The translations under genes were made by a program, and so were the position numbers. 64,000 bases of DNA, taken from Macrostomum lignano. Its lineage: Eukaryota. The notes beneath the pieces are model-generated. The model did no database searches. It was not told the DNA's origin and saw nothing but the letters and a program-made list of their open reading frames with translations. The DNA is taken from positions 1 to 64,000 of the forward strand of contig NIVC01002451.1 of NCBI GenBank assembly GCA_002269645.1, read 5' to 3'. Shown here one piece after another: positions 15,174 through 30,924 of this stretch (within the stretch, counting starts at the first letter, position 1; each line of letters begins with the position of its first letter).

Positions 15174-15856
15174 AGGGTGAGACAGTGGGTGACAGGGTGA
15201 GACAGTGGGTGACAGGGTGAGATAGTGGGTGACAGGGTGAGACAGTGGGTGACAGGGTGAGACAGTGGGTGACAGGGTGAGACAGTGGGTGACAGGGTGA
15301 GACAGTGGGTGACAGGGTGAGACAGTGGGTGACAGGTGTGATACAGTGAGTGACAGGGTGAGACAGTGGGTGACAGGGTGAGACAGTGGGTGACAGGGTG
15401 AGACAGTGGGTGACAGGGTGAGATAGTGGGTGACAGGGTGAGACAGTGGGTGACAGGGTGAGACAGTGGGTGACAGGGTGAGACAGTGGGTGACAGGGTG
15501 AGACAGTGGGTGACAGGGTGAGACAGTGGGTGACAGGGTGAGACAGTGGGTGACAGGGTGAGACAGTGGGTGACAAGTGTGAGACAGTGGGTGACAGGTG
15601 TGATACAGTGAGTGACAGGGTGAGACAGTGGGTGACAGGTGTGAGACAGTGGGTGACAGGTGTGAGACAGTGGGTGACAGGGATGAGACAGTGGGTGACA
15701 GGGTGAGACAGTGGGTGTCAGGGTGAGACAGTGGGTGACAGGGTGAGACAGTGGGTGACAGGGTGAGACAGTGGGTGACAGGGTGAGACAGTGGGTGACA
15801 GGCTGAGACAGTGGGTGACAGGGTGAGACAGTGAGTGACAGGGTGAGACAGTGGGT
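15174..15856. repeat. Minisatellite, 20-bp unit GTGAGACAGTGGGTGACAGG (copy 2)
   Basis: About 34 tandem copies. Confidence 0.97.
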
Positions 15857-16615
15857 GGCTAACCACAATGGCTCGACAGCAGTATAAAGCTTTCAATGGC
15901 AGCAATCAATCAGCCTTCTCTTCCTTTATGCATATTTTGCTACAACAAATATTCACCTCATCAGCGCTGCGGTCTCCTGGGCCCCCGCGGCCGCCGCCGA
16001 CTCTCAATGCACGCAGGTCCTCGCTTAATTTGTATGGAAATTCAAATTGGCCCGTGGGACCCCGCGGGGCCACAGGTCAGCAGCCCCGGCAGCCGCTGAC
16101 CCCTTGACCCCTGCGACTTCTCAAGCGGGATCTCTGGTGGGGACTCAGCATCCCGGGGTCGGTTCGTGCGTGCTTTTTCTTCCAACAGTGAAATTCAATT
16201 TTCAGGGGCGGGAGCAAAGGGAAGGAGAGTGCTTTTGAAGATTCCCCGCTTCCCTTCTCCGGCTGATCCCATGGGAGGAGTTCATTCGAGCCAGCGCTGC
16301 GGGTTGGGAAAAGCGAAAGTTGGGCTAAAAATGATTTAACAGCAACGAGAGGAGGCTGGCTCTGCATCGATACAGTAGCGATTGAGGTGGAGGAGAATTG
16401 TGTAACTACTCCAGTTCTTAGGGAGAAATATCCCCAAGAGACAAGTTTCCCGCATTAAGTGAGTGAAGGGGAAGAATTGGAAACGAAAAATTTGCTTAGG
16501 AATTGAAAACATTCCTGCGAGAGCTTTCACTGAGAGTGGATGCCTTCGCAAATGGATTCGTCAGGGGCGCTTGGGGTGGCCGATCTAGCGATTTGATAGA
16601 TATCTCTGAGGCATG

Positions 16616-19369
<2,754 letters not shown>

Positions 19370-20113
19370 GCAGGCAAAGCTGTGCAGTAGTTGACAACCA
19401 ACTGCAGCCATTGGCATTAGTTTTGCTAGCTATTATATATTTGCACGAACAGCTCACAGTAGCTCAACAAAATTTATTTATTTATAAAATTGGGTCACGT
19501 GATGCAGCAGCAGAGCGGATTACTGAGGGCTAAAATTGGTAACCAAATCGGGGGTAAAAAATTGCAACACTTGGATTAGCGCTGAGAGACAGTTAATTCA
19601 GGTTTGTGGCTAGAAAAGATCCCTGAGGCAAAAATCATGGCTGACAATGAACCTTTGGATTCCAGCATGGATTGCACAGTTGCGCAACCATTGTTTGTCT
19701 GCATGGCTAGCAAAATCTGCTCAGCCTGTGTTTTTGGTCTCAAAGTCAGTTTGGGGAAGAAATTAAGCAACATTTCAATCAAAGGTTGTGTGGATTTACA
19801 GGACAGAAGAGCAAAGGAATTCAACTGTAAAACAGCTGCAATCAGGTGTGTAAAGGGGAGCAACAGCTGACAGACAATGATCATAGCTCGTACAAGAGAG
19901 TTCGGTCTTTGAGACGCAAAAGGCTGAGGACAAGGAAATGTACAAATAAACATTAAAAACTGTTTGTTCAGTAATAAAAAAGTAGAAAACATTAGTGGTG
20001 GAATTGAACACGGCACCTACACAAGTGTTATGCTAATTACTGGTATTATTAAATAGATCGCCAATGCGTGTCCAGCTACTTGCAGTAGCGATAACAGCTC
20101 CTGCAATCCGCCG

Positions 20114-22358
20114 CTAGGGCAGAACCGGCCTGCAGACTCTGCGCCCGTCGCCAAGGCAGTTGAAGGCGTCGGCGAATCCCGGGAGTCGCGCCAGCAGGCG
20201 GCCGACGCGGTCAGGCAGCGGCCCCGCCCGGCCCACCGGTGCCCCGGCACCGCCTTCTGGCAGTACAGCTGGCTGACCGACACGAAGAATTCCCGCCTGG
20301 CTGCTGGAAATGCCGGTGATGTCGGAGATGTCATTCTCAGCGCCGCGGCGGCCGCGGTGAACTCGACGAAGTCTCGACGGACGGTTGCCGTCTCGGCGTC
20401 CAGACAGTCGGCAGCTGAGCGGTTCAGGGCGGCTGGCGGCGCCTGGGCGGCGGCCCGGCTGGCCAGCTCGTAGGCCAGCAGGAAGTCGAGCTGGCGCGGC
20501 CGCGGCAGCAGCGCCGGCAAGTAGAAGGCCAGCGGATACGGGAACCGGCGCCCCTGGTCGTCGAGGGCGTCACGGAAGAATCGCGGCGGCAAAGGCGGCG
20601 CCGGCGTCGGCAGCGGCGGAGCTGCGGAGGCGGCGTGAAAGGCGAGGCGGTGGGCGGACAGGCGGCGGTGACGCAGGGCATCCAGCAGGCCGGGCAGGAA
20701 GGCCGCATCGGCTGGCAGGCGGAGGTCGCCGTACAGGTTCAGCAGCTGCTCCTCGCCACCGAGGCCGCCGAAGTCAGTCGGCAGTCCAGGACCGGAACTT
20801 CGGGACGGCCGGCCAGGCGAGGGTCGCCGCCGGTCTCAGCCAGCAGCGCCGCCCTGGCCGCCTCTGTCCGGTCGGCGGCAAGCCGCAGCGGCCCGGCCCC
20901 GGGGCTGAGGTGTCTGGCAGCGAAGGTCGCTAGCAGAGCGTCGGGGAACAGGCGGTGCAGACTGCGCAGGCACCGCTCCGGCCTGTCGCCATCAGCGAAC
21001 CTGTCGGGATGCTCGCCAGCCGGCGCCACCTCCGTCGGCAGAGCGTCGAGCAGCTCGTGGAAGTGCGGCCTGAGCGCCACCAGCGAGTTGACGAACGCGT
21101 AGCCAACCAGCGTGTCCGGGTCCTGCCGGGACGCCAAGTCGAAGAGACGCCGCAGCCGGTCGGGCTGCCTGGCGCAGACCCGGCTGTACTTGCCCTCCGC
21201 CCAGGCTGGCAGGATGAGGCTGCGGAAGCTGGCCCAGCCGGTGGCGCCGTTCGGGAACAAGCCGGCAAGACCGGCGGCGTCCAGCAGGTGGTCCTCCGGG
21301 GCGGCCCGGCTCTCGCCGTCTAGCAGCTGATGCAGCGCCACGTGGTAGGCGGCCATCTTCTCCACGATGAGGTAGGGGACCCCGCGCTTGGCCAAGCGGA
21401 AGGCCGCCTCGACCAGGCGGACCAGGCGGTCCCGGCCGACACCCGCCAGGCCGCGGGTGGCGCCGGCGTCAGGCAGAGCGGCAGCGAGTCAGCCGGAATC
21501 GCTGACCCCGGCACGGGCGATACCAGATCCACCCCGGCTGGCAAGTCGTGCACCAGGAACTGGGCGAGGACCCGCTCCGGGGAGTGCTCGAAGCCCCAGA
21601 CCACCGACTCGGCGCCGAACACTGACATGGGGGTGAAGCGGGTCGGGTCGGAGAAGGCGGAGACCAGCTGGGTGGCGGTGAGGCCGGCCGAGGAGGCGCA
21701 GGCGCGCGTCAGGTTGGCCAGCGCCGCCTGCCAGGCCGGGCGCTGGCCGGCGCCGGTGTCAGCAGCGTCTCCAGCAGCGAGTCCCTCAGGCGGAGCTGCA
21801 GCTGCCTGATGGCGCTGGTCTCCCGCTCGACGCCCCGCCCGGTCCAGCGCAGGCTGACGGCGGCGTTGAATCTGCCGCAGGCGGCGGCGTAGAGGCCCCC
21901 GTCGGGGTCGCAGACGCCAGCCGCTGTCGACGTTGGGTCGGCGAAATCGGCCGCGTCGCCGCTCGCCGACGCCTGCCGCCAGCCGTCGGACGGTGCAGCC
22001 AGCAGCATCGACGAGGACGCGGCAGGGGAGAATCGCCGCCTGGCGCTGCCGCCGCGGCCGCAGTCGCCGGAGTTGGCGCCGAAGGCTGTCAGGGCGGTGC
22101 GGCCGTCCAAGAAGAAATAGAACAGGCAGAGTACGGCAAACCCGGCGGCCAGGAGAGTCAACAGGCCGGCCAGCACGCAGGTGGTGGCGCGGCAGCGGCC
22201 GCCCTGAAGTCGCCGACCGCAGCAGCCGGTGGATTTGGTCGCGGCCTCAGCATCCGAAGCCGCAGATGACGAGGCGGCGGAGTTGGCAGCGGTGGCTCCA
22301 GACGAGGCGGCGGGATCAGAGATTCGTCCTTGCCAGCTGTACCGTTGGACGTTGTCAT
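20114..22358 (-). CDS. Neprilysin/endothelin-converting-enzyme (peptidase M13) family type II membrane protein, ~749 aa, apparently single coding exon, zinc motif degenerate; 5 apparent single-base frameshifts
   Basis: Short N-terminus, TM helix CVLAGLLTLLAAGFAVLCLFYFF, M13 N-motif GVCDPDGGLYAAACGRF (cf. DPCxDFYxYACGxW). C-terminal motifs LDFLLAYELASRA (cf. IGHEITHGF), REFFVSVSQLYC (cf. QLFFLNFAQVWC) and LPGFADAFNC (cf. EFSEAFHC). Frame switches near 22321, 21750, 21470, ~20780 and 20232; 2245+5=2250 nt =750 codons. Acceptor-like TTCTTTTGCAG ends at 22418, upstream of the ATG. Confidence 0.8.
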
Positions 22359-22688
22359 GGTAACGGTGAAGCCAACGGACGCTTCCGAGCGTTTTCTGGC
22401 GTGTTTTTGAATCTTTTCTGCAAAAGAAAGTAGCGGGCGCCGAAAGCAGAAGACTTGCTTTGAAGTGGGAAGGGTAGCTATTGCTGCTTCTAGAGGAAGG
22501 CTTGGTTGAGTTTTTATGCAGGGGAATTCAGTGGCGGAAGGGCAGAGCTGATTGGACTGGGGAATCGCATGGGGTCGGCTGGATTGGCCGAGGTGGTCAC
22601 GAGTATTAGGCCGGGGAGACCCAGAGCCGGGGTCTGGAGCGGCATGGGTCATGTTTCCTGGAAAATGTCTCTAAATTAACGCTAAATA

Positions 22689-22975
22689 AACAGAACTCCT
22701 TGACTTCACCGAGGGTGCTAGCGGCAACTCCAGACTCTGATACTAAATCTCCTTGACTTCACCGAGGGTGCTAGCGGCAACTCCAGACTCTGATACTAGA
22801 TCTCCTTGATTCCATTGAGGGTGCTTGCGGCAACTCCAGACTCTGATACCAGATCTCCTTGATTCCATTGAGGGTGCTTGCGGCAACTCCAGACTCTGAT
22901 ACCAGATCTCCTTGATTCCATTGAGGGTGCTTGCGGCAACTCCAGACTCTGATACTAGATCTCCTTGATTCCACT
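22689..22975. repeat. Minisatellite, 53-bp unit CTCCTTGATTCCATTGAGGGTGCTTGCGGCAACTCCAGACTCTGATACCAGAT
   Basis: About 5.5 tandem copies, 5' of the M13-like gene. Confidence 0.95.
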
Positions 22976-23989
22976 GAAGGTGCTGGTTGGTGGGCAAACC
23001 AAGTGACAGCAGGGCAACGGACACATGCAAAGCAAAAGTGTTTGTGTTTCTTTCTGCTGTTGGCACTGAGATATAGGTAATGAGGCCAGCGCTAGCGGGA
23101 AGTGCGCTTCTGCCCTGGGGCTCTGCTTTTTTGCTCCCCTCCTTTTATCCCAGATTCCGGAGACCGGCGGCTTCAGAACGGGGGTTCGTTCAGAATTATT
23201 GACAGCAATGAATTAAAAGACAGGCAGGCATCCTGATAAAACAGCTTTACAAGAAGTTTTTTGTCATAGTTCACCCCGTCATCTTTTTTTAATAAATCTC
23301 CCCTGTTTGTTGATCCTCATGCTCATGATCACAAAAAAATGAAATTGCGACAGTAATCTGGGGATAAATAGAGAAGCAGGGGATATAGCACGAGGAAAAT
23401 GGAGAAATGATATTGAAGCAAGCATAGCTTCCTTCTCACTATAAATTCTAATGTTCCCAATTCCTTTTTTATCTTTATCCCAAAAGATCCCCCCTCCTAC
23501 AGACAGACGGTTAGGACTCGGCAATGCCCCAATCCCAGAAAATACAAGAACGTGTCAGCGCATTTCTCGTCTTTATTTTGTTTGTATCCTCAAATGACCC
23601 CAGTCTCCTAGATGTCTGCTTCAGGCATTAAAGTTTCTCGGTCGCCAGCAACACAGAGAACTGCTTATTTGCTTTCGCTTTGCTTTTATAGGCGGCTGTG
23701 TCCGACTCGACTCCCCACCCAACCCGCCTTGATTGCCGATGCGTGATTTGCCGCTGTTCCGATTGTCTGTGCGATTGCGCAACTCCCGACTGCAGACAGA
23801 CCGCGGCACAAACACTGCACGTAGATACAGAGAATTACAAGCTGCATACATCTGCACAAAATAATAAAAAGATTTACGGCACTGTCAAATCTCCTTTATC
23901 TTCTGCGTTTCCTGAAGGATCTTCACGAGTACCAGGGGAAGAAGTGTACGAATATTGTGCGGGCTTTGACCAAGGGTTGACAAGATACT

Positions 23990-24527
23990 CATTTTAGCGC
24001 CGCAGGCACTCGTTTTGGCGCCGCAAGCACTCCTTTTGGTGCCGCAGGCACTCATTTTAGCGCCACAGGCACTCCTTTTGGCGCCGCAGGAACTCGTTTT
24101 GGCGCCGCAGGCACTCGTTTTGGCGCCGCAGGCACTCGTTTTGGCGCCGCAGGCACTCGTTTTGGCGCCGCAGGCACTCATTTTGGCGCCGCAGGCACTC
24201 CTTTTGGCGCCGCAGGCACTCATTTTAGCGCCGCAGGCACTCATTTTAGCGCCGCAGGCACTCATTTTGGCACCGCAGGCACTCATTTTAGCGCCGCAGG
24301 CACTCATTTTGGCACCGCAGGCACTCATTTTAGCGCCGCAGGCACTCATTTTAGCGCCGCAGGCACTCATTTTGGCACCGCAGGCACTCATTTTAGCGCC
24401 GCAGGCACTCATTTTGGCGCCGCAGGCACTCGTGTTGGCGCCGCGGGCACTCATTTTGGCGCCGCAGGCACTCATTTTAGCGCCGCAGGCACTTATTTTG
24501 GCGCCAAAGGCGCTATATTTTGGCGCC
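23990..24527. repeat. Minisatellite, 21-bp unit TTGGCGCCGCAGGCACTCATT
   Basis: About 25 tandem copies. Confidence 0.97.
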
Positions 24528-24829
24528 CTGAAGCAAAATTATTGATTTCAACAACGGGTCACAAGGTGGGATGGGTGGACAAAGCATTGGCATGCCCCCT
24601 CATAGCTTTGGGGGGACATTGGGTTGCCGACACCCCTGGATCGTACTGTTGGTTGTCACGCTGGGCGACTCGAGTCTAGCTGGATGCTGGGATGGGAGCA
24701 GCTGCGTCATCAAGTTGTCAAGGGAAAGAGATGATAGGCATCTCTGAATAGCGGAGTTGAAAATTTCACAAATTGCTTTTTTTCTGTCCAACTTATGCGA
24801 CATAAGAGGCACTTCAGTCATCCCCCTCC

Positions 24830-24995
24830 CATCTCCTCTCCCTTCTCTCCCGTCTCCCTTCTCTCCCATCTCCCTTCTCTCCCGTCTCCCTTCTCTCCCA
24901 TCTCCCTTCTCTCCCGTCTCCCTTCTCTCCCGTCTCCCTTCTCTCCCGTCTCCCTTCTCTTCCGTCTCCCTTCTCTCCATCTCCCTTCTCTCCCA
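24830..24995. repeat. CT-rich minisatellite, ~16-bp unit CTCCCTTCTCTCCCGT
   Basis: About 10 copies. Confidence 0.9.
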
Positions 24996-25665
24996 TCCCC
25001 TCTCTTCCTTTCTCCCTCGTCCTTTGACCCTCACCCATTCCCTCCTCACTCTCTCCCGACCCCACTCTCACTCTCATGTCCGCTCTCTCCGCCCCATCCA
25101 GTGCTGCAGTAGGCTTGCTTCCATGTCTGCTCTGGCAAGCACTTCTCTCCTCAGCAGAGTGACACAATTTCATCGATTGCAGAGTGAGCTGTGACAGGCA
25201 GAAGCAGCAGCAGCAGCAGGAGGCCTCAGGTGAAAAAATAATATAAAATAATTGCCACTTGACTGACAGGGAGATCACTGCCCGGGCTGAGATGGTTGAA
25301 AAAAGTGCCAGGTGAATAGAGAAACGAGCTGAGCCCTTGGCGCAGGTGTGCTCAGAACAATATGTGCATATTTTAGAAAAAAACTAACTGATAACTTCTG
25401 GTGCGATGAAAAAATTGTTGTCGAATCAAAACCTTCTTGACGTTTCGTCTGAGTGGCTCACAGTGGGATCTCGACGGGGGGTGGCAGAGAATGGGATTAA
25501 TTATTCATCTAGACTGAGCAGGGTGGATCGCTTGAGCCTTTTAACAGACAGGTGCTGCCTGCTGTGCGACCCGGAGGAACAGCACACAGGGGATCTGGAT
25601 CTGAAGCTTAAAAACTTCTTCCTGAAAGTCTGTCGCAATCATAATCATTATTATGCGTCCTGAGA

Positions 25666-26092
25666 TGACGCCAAGACATTGAGGGTCTGGCGCCAAGACA
25701 TTGAGGGTCTGGCGCAAAGAAATTGAGAGTCTGGCGCCAAGGCATTGAGGGTCTGGCGCCACGACATTGAGGGTCTGGCGCCATAGCATTGAGGGTCTGG
25801 CGCCAAGGCATTGAGGGTCTGGCGCCAAGAAATTGAGAGTCTGGCGCCAAGACATTGAGGGTCTGGCGCCAAGGCATTGAGAGTCTGGCGCCAAGACATT
25901 GAGGGTCTGGCGCCAAGACATTGAGGGTCTGGCTTAAAGACATTGAGGGTCTGACGCCAAGACATTGAGGGTCTGGCGCCAAGGCATTGAGGGTCTGGCG
26001 CCAAGACATTAAGGGTCTGGCGCCAAGACATTGAGGGTCTGGCTTAAAGACATTGGGGGTCTGACGCCAAGGCATTGAGGGTCTGGCGCCCA
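25666..26092. repeat. Minisatellite, 22-bp unit GGCGCCAAGACATTGAGGGTCT
   Basis: About 19 tandem copies. Confidence 0.97.
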
Positions 26093-26634
26093 AACGTTCG
26101 GAATCAGGCAGCCGCTACTCTCTCACCTACTATCACAATTCCTTAGAATTGCACTCGCGTCCCCAGTTCTGGTCAGAACAAACTAATAACAACCCCCACC
26201 CATTCAGTACCGCATCGTGTCTTAGCGCGCAAACATTTCTTATAGTAACCATGGCGCTATTTATCGCGTGCAAATTGAGTTCTCGCTTTACATGAGGGAT
26301 TTCATACTCGTATTTTCCCAAATTAATAATCAAGGGATATCCGAAACATCTGCTTACAGTTCAGCAGTTTCCTTTTTAGGTAATGCAGCTCGTAATTGTG
26401 AAACATCTGTCACAAAAACTGGTACTATTCTTTGTTTGTTAACCATTATATTCCTAGAAATGGAATGGAAACATTTCGCACTCCATAAAACTGTTTTTTG
26501 AAACTTAGGAGAGAAAAAATCGAGCGGCCAGCAACAGAAAGGCTGAGCAAAAGAGGGGCTTTGAAAGAATGAAAAAGAGAGAAGAATGGAAAGGTGGAAG
26601 AAACACGTGGACTGGAGGAGAGTGGCTGAGGTAG

Positions 26635-28030
26635 TGACAGAGGAGAGTGACTGAGATGAGCGTGACCGAGAGGCGAGTGACCGAGAGGCGAGTGACCGAG
26701 AGGCGAGTGACCGAGAGGCGAGTGACCGAGAGGCGAGTGACCGAGAGGCGAGTGACCGAGAGGCGAGTGACCGAGAGGCGAGTGACCGAGAGGCGAGTGA
26801 CCGAGAGGCGAGTGACCGAGAGGCGAGTGACCGAGAGGCGAGTGACCGAGATGAGAGTGACCGAGATGAGAGTGACCGAGATGAGAGTGACCGAGATGAG
26901 AGTGACCGAGATGAGAGTGACCGAGATGAGAGTGACCGAGATGAGAGTGACCGAGAGGCGAGTGACCGAGAGGCGAGTGACCGAGATGAGAGTGACCGAG
27001 ATGAGAGTGACCGAGATGAGAGTGACCGAGTGAGAGTGACCGAGATGAGAGTGACCGAGATGAGAGTGACCGAGATGAGAGTGACCGAGATGAGAGTGAC
27101 CGAGATGAGAGTGACCGAGATGAGAGTGACCGAGATGAGAGTGACCGAGATGAGAGTGACCGAGATGAGAGTGACCGAGATGAGAGTGACCGAGATGAGA
27201 GTGACCGAGATGAGAGTGACCGAGATGAGAGTGACCGAGATGAGAGTGACCGAGATGAGAGGACCGAGATGAGAGTGACCGAGATGAGAGTGACCGAGAT
27301 GAGAGTGACCGAGATGAGATGACCGAGAGAGAGTGACCGAGATAAGAGTGACAAAGAGGAGAGTGACTGAGAGGGGGTTACAAAGGATAGTGACAGGGAG
27401 GCAGACAGTGACAGGAGGCAGACAGTGACAGGGAGGCAGACAGTGACAGGGAGGCAGACAGTGACAGGGAGGCAGACAGTGACAGGGAGGCAGACAGTGA
27501 CAGGGAGGCAGACAGTGACAGGAGGCAGACAGTGACAGGCAGAGAGTGAAAGAGAGGCAGACAGTGACAGGGAGGCAGACAGTGACAGGGAGACAGACAG
27601 TGACAGGGAGGCAGACAGTGACAGGGAGGCAGACAGTGACAGGCAGTGAGTGAAAGAGAGGCAGACAGTGACAGGGAGGCAGACAGTGACAGGAGGCAGA
27701 CAGTGACAGGGAGGCAGACAGTGACAGGGAGGCAGACAGTGACAGGGAGGCAGACAGTGACAGGAGGCAGACAGTGACAGGGAGGCAGACAGTGACAGGG
27801 AGGCAGACAGTGACAGGGAGGCAGACAGTGACAGGGAGGCAGACAGTGACAGGAGGCAGACAGTGACAGGGAGGCAGACAGTGACAGGAGGCAGACAGTG
27901 ACAGGAGGCAGACAGTGACAGGAGGCAGACAGTGACAGGCAGAGAGTGAAAGAGAGGCAGACAGTGACAGGGAGGCAGACAGTGACAGGCAGACAGTGAC
28001 AGGGAGGCAGACAGTGACAGGGAGACAGAC
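26635..28030. repeat. Compound minisatellite: 15-bp AGAGTGACCGAGATG/AGGCG array, then 18-bp GGGAGGCAGACAGTGACA array
   Basis: Directly visible; repeated at 28625-30070. Confidence 0.97.
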
Positions 28031-28414
28031 AGGGAATAACTGGAACTGGGAGCAAACGCGCCAGCCGCATCCCGGAACCGCTGACTCATGATCTTAATTA
28101 CGAACACAGCTTTGCTGCCCTCTCACCTGGAGGCTACGCAGATGCCAGCCAAGACCCGCTAATGACTGAAGCAGGCAAAAGCAGCTAAATAAAGCGCGCG
28201 GAGACCACAACTGCTGGGCCCCTAAGGCGAGAAAAGGCAGGCACTGAAGGGCGAACGGGGCTCGCGTGCGACCGCCCCCCCCCCTCCTAGTTTCCGTCTC
28301 GAGATGAGATCTCAAAGGTCTCAACTGTGTCAGTGGCTCCGCCTTGCGCCTGGCAACTGGGACCTGAGAAACCTTACGACTAAAAAAACGCCAAAATCTT
28401 GGCAACCGCATCGA

Positions 28415-28587
28415 NNNNNNNNNNNNNNNNNNNNNNNNNNNNNNNNNNNNNNNNNNNNNNNNNNNNNNNNNNNNNNNNNNNNNNNNNNNNNNNNNNNNNN
28501 NNNNNNNNNNNNNNNNNNNNNNNNNNNNNNNNNNNNNNNNNNNNNNNNNNNNNNNNNNNNNNNNNNNNNNNNNNNNNNNNNNNNNNN
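28415..28587. other. Assembly gap (173 N)
   Basis: Run of N. Confidence 1.
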
Positions 28588-30454
28588 AGAAACACGTGGA
28601 CTGGAGGAGAGTGGCTGAGGTAGTGACAGAGGAGAGTGACTGAGATGAGCGTGACCGAGAGGCGAGTGACCGAGAGGCGAGTGACCGAGAGGCGAGTGAC
28701 CGAGAGGCGAGTGACCGAGAGGCGAGTGACCGAGAGGCGAGTGACCGAGAGGCGAGTGACCGAGAGGCGAGTGACCGAGAGGCGAGTGACCGAGAGGCGA
28801 GTAACCGAGAGGCGAGTGACCGAGAGCGAGTGACCGAGATGAGAGTGACCGAGATGAGAGTGACCGAGATGAGAGTGACCGAGATGAGAGTGACCGAGAT
28901 GAGAGTGACCGAGATGAGAGTGACCGAGAGGCGAGTGACCGAGAGGCGAGTGACCGAGATGAGAGTGACCGAGATGAGAGTGACCGAGATGAGAGTGACC
29001 GAGTTGAGAGTGACCGAGATGAGAGTGACCGAGATGAGAGTGACCGAGATGAGAGTGACCGAGATGAGAGTGACCGAGATGAGAGTGACCGAGATGAGAG
29101 TGACCGAGATGAGAGTGACCGAGATGAGAGTGACCGAGATGAGAGTGACCGAGATGAGAGTGACCGAGATGAGAGTGACCGAGATGAGAGTGACCGAGAT
29201 GAGAGTGACCGAGATGAGAGTGACCGAGATGAGAGTGACCGAGATGAGAGTGACCGAGATGAGAGTGACCGAGATGAGAGTGACCGAGATGAGAGTGACC
29301 GAGATGAGAGTGACGCGAGATGAGAGTGACCGAGATGAGAGTGACCGAGAAGAGAGTGACCGAGATAAGAGTGACAAAGAGGAGAGTGACTGAGAGGGGA
29401 GTTACAAAGGATAGTGACAGGGAGGCAGACAAGTGACAGGAGGCAGACAGTGACAGGGAGGCAGACAGTGACAGGGAGGCAGACAGTGACAGGGAGGCAG
29501 ACAGTGACAGGGAGGCAGACAGTGACAGGGAGGCAGACAGTGACAGGAGGCAGACAGTGACAGGCAGAGAGTGAAAAAGAGGCAGACAGTGACAGGGAGG
29601 CAGACAGTGACAGGGAGACAGACAGTGACAGGGAGGCAGACAGTGACAGGGAGGCAGACAGTGACAGGCAGTGAGTGAAAGAGAGGCAGACAGTGACAGG
29701 GAGGCAGACAGTGACAGGAGGCAGACAGTGACAGGGAGGCAGACAGTGACAGGGAGGCAGACAGTGACAGGGAGGCAGACAGTGACAGGAAGGCAGACAG
29801 TGACAGGGAGGCAGACAGTGACAGGGAGGCAGACAGTGACAGGGAGGCAGACAGACAGGGAGGCAGACAGTGACAGGAGGCAGACAGTGACAGGGAGGCA
29901 GACAGTGACAGGAGGCAGACAGTGACAGGAGGCAGACAGTGACAGGAGGCAGACAGTGACAGGCAGAGAGTGAAAGAGAGGCAGACAGTGACAGGGAGAC
30001 AGACAGTGACAGGGAGGCAGACAGTGACAGGCAGACAGTGACAGGGAGGCAGACAGTGACAGGGAGACAGACAGGGAATAACTGGAACTGGGAGCAAACG
30101 CGCCAGCCGCATCCCGGAACCGCTGACTCATGATCTTAATTACGAACACAAAAGCTTTGCTGCCCTCTCACCTGGAGGCTACGCAGATGCCAGCCAAGAC
30201 CCGCTAATGACTGAAGCAGGCAAAAGCAGCTAAATAAAGCGCGCGGAGACCACAACTGCTGGCCCCTAAGGCGAGAAAAGGCAGGCACTGAAGGCGAACG
30301 GGGCTCGCGTGCGACCGCCCCCCCTCCCTAGTTTCCGTCTCGAGATGAGATCTCAAAGGTCTCAACTGTGTCAGTGGCTCCGCCTTGCGCCTGGCAACTG
30401 GGACCTGAGAAACCTTACGACTAAAAACGCCAAAATCTTGGCAACCGCATCGAG
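28588..30454 (+). repeat. Near-identical repeat of 26599-28414 on the other side of the gap (probable unmerged contig overlap)
   Basis: Starts AGAAACACGTGGACTGGAGG exactly at the gap edge, as at 26599; ends CTTGGCAACCGCATCGA, as the left contig does at 28414. Confidence 0.9.
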
Positions 30455-30924
30455 CGCCCCCCCCCCCCCCCAAGACATTCTGAGTCGCTCTCGCCCACGC
30501 CGCCCAGTTATGCCGTGATCTATGGCATTGGCACTGGGAAAAGGGGAGTGAGCTAGGGAGATGAAGATGGATGAAGCTGGGTAAGCAGAAAATCGCATCC
30601 TTCTCTCTTCTATCTGTCTACCCCCCATACTCTGGCGGCTGCATTGAGCCAGCAATCTAATCTAAGCCTGCTTCGCTGGCCGCGCAGATGGAATCGGGGC
30701 TGAGCTGAGGTCTTCTCAACTGACTAGCGGACCGAATTGAGAAATAACAAACGAGTGGCGACCTTGGGGGACTGGCGACTTTCACTCGGGTTTTGCCTGC
30801 GTCCCGGCTGTCTTACAAGCTTTAAAACTTGTGTCTGTCTTGCACTGGAGGATTCTGGACTGAAGCCGCGACTGTTGGTTTCTCCGCTACATCATTATCT
30901 CTCTGAGTGAGTCATACGCTACCC

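Noticed and set aside
24610-24638. GTTGCCGACACCCCTG resembling a hAT right terminus
   Set aside because: No convincing matching left terminus or TSD nearby.
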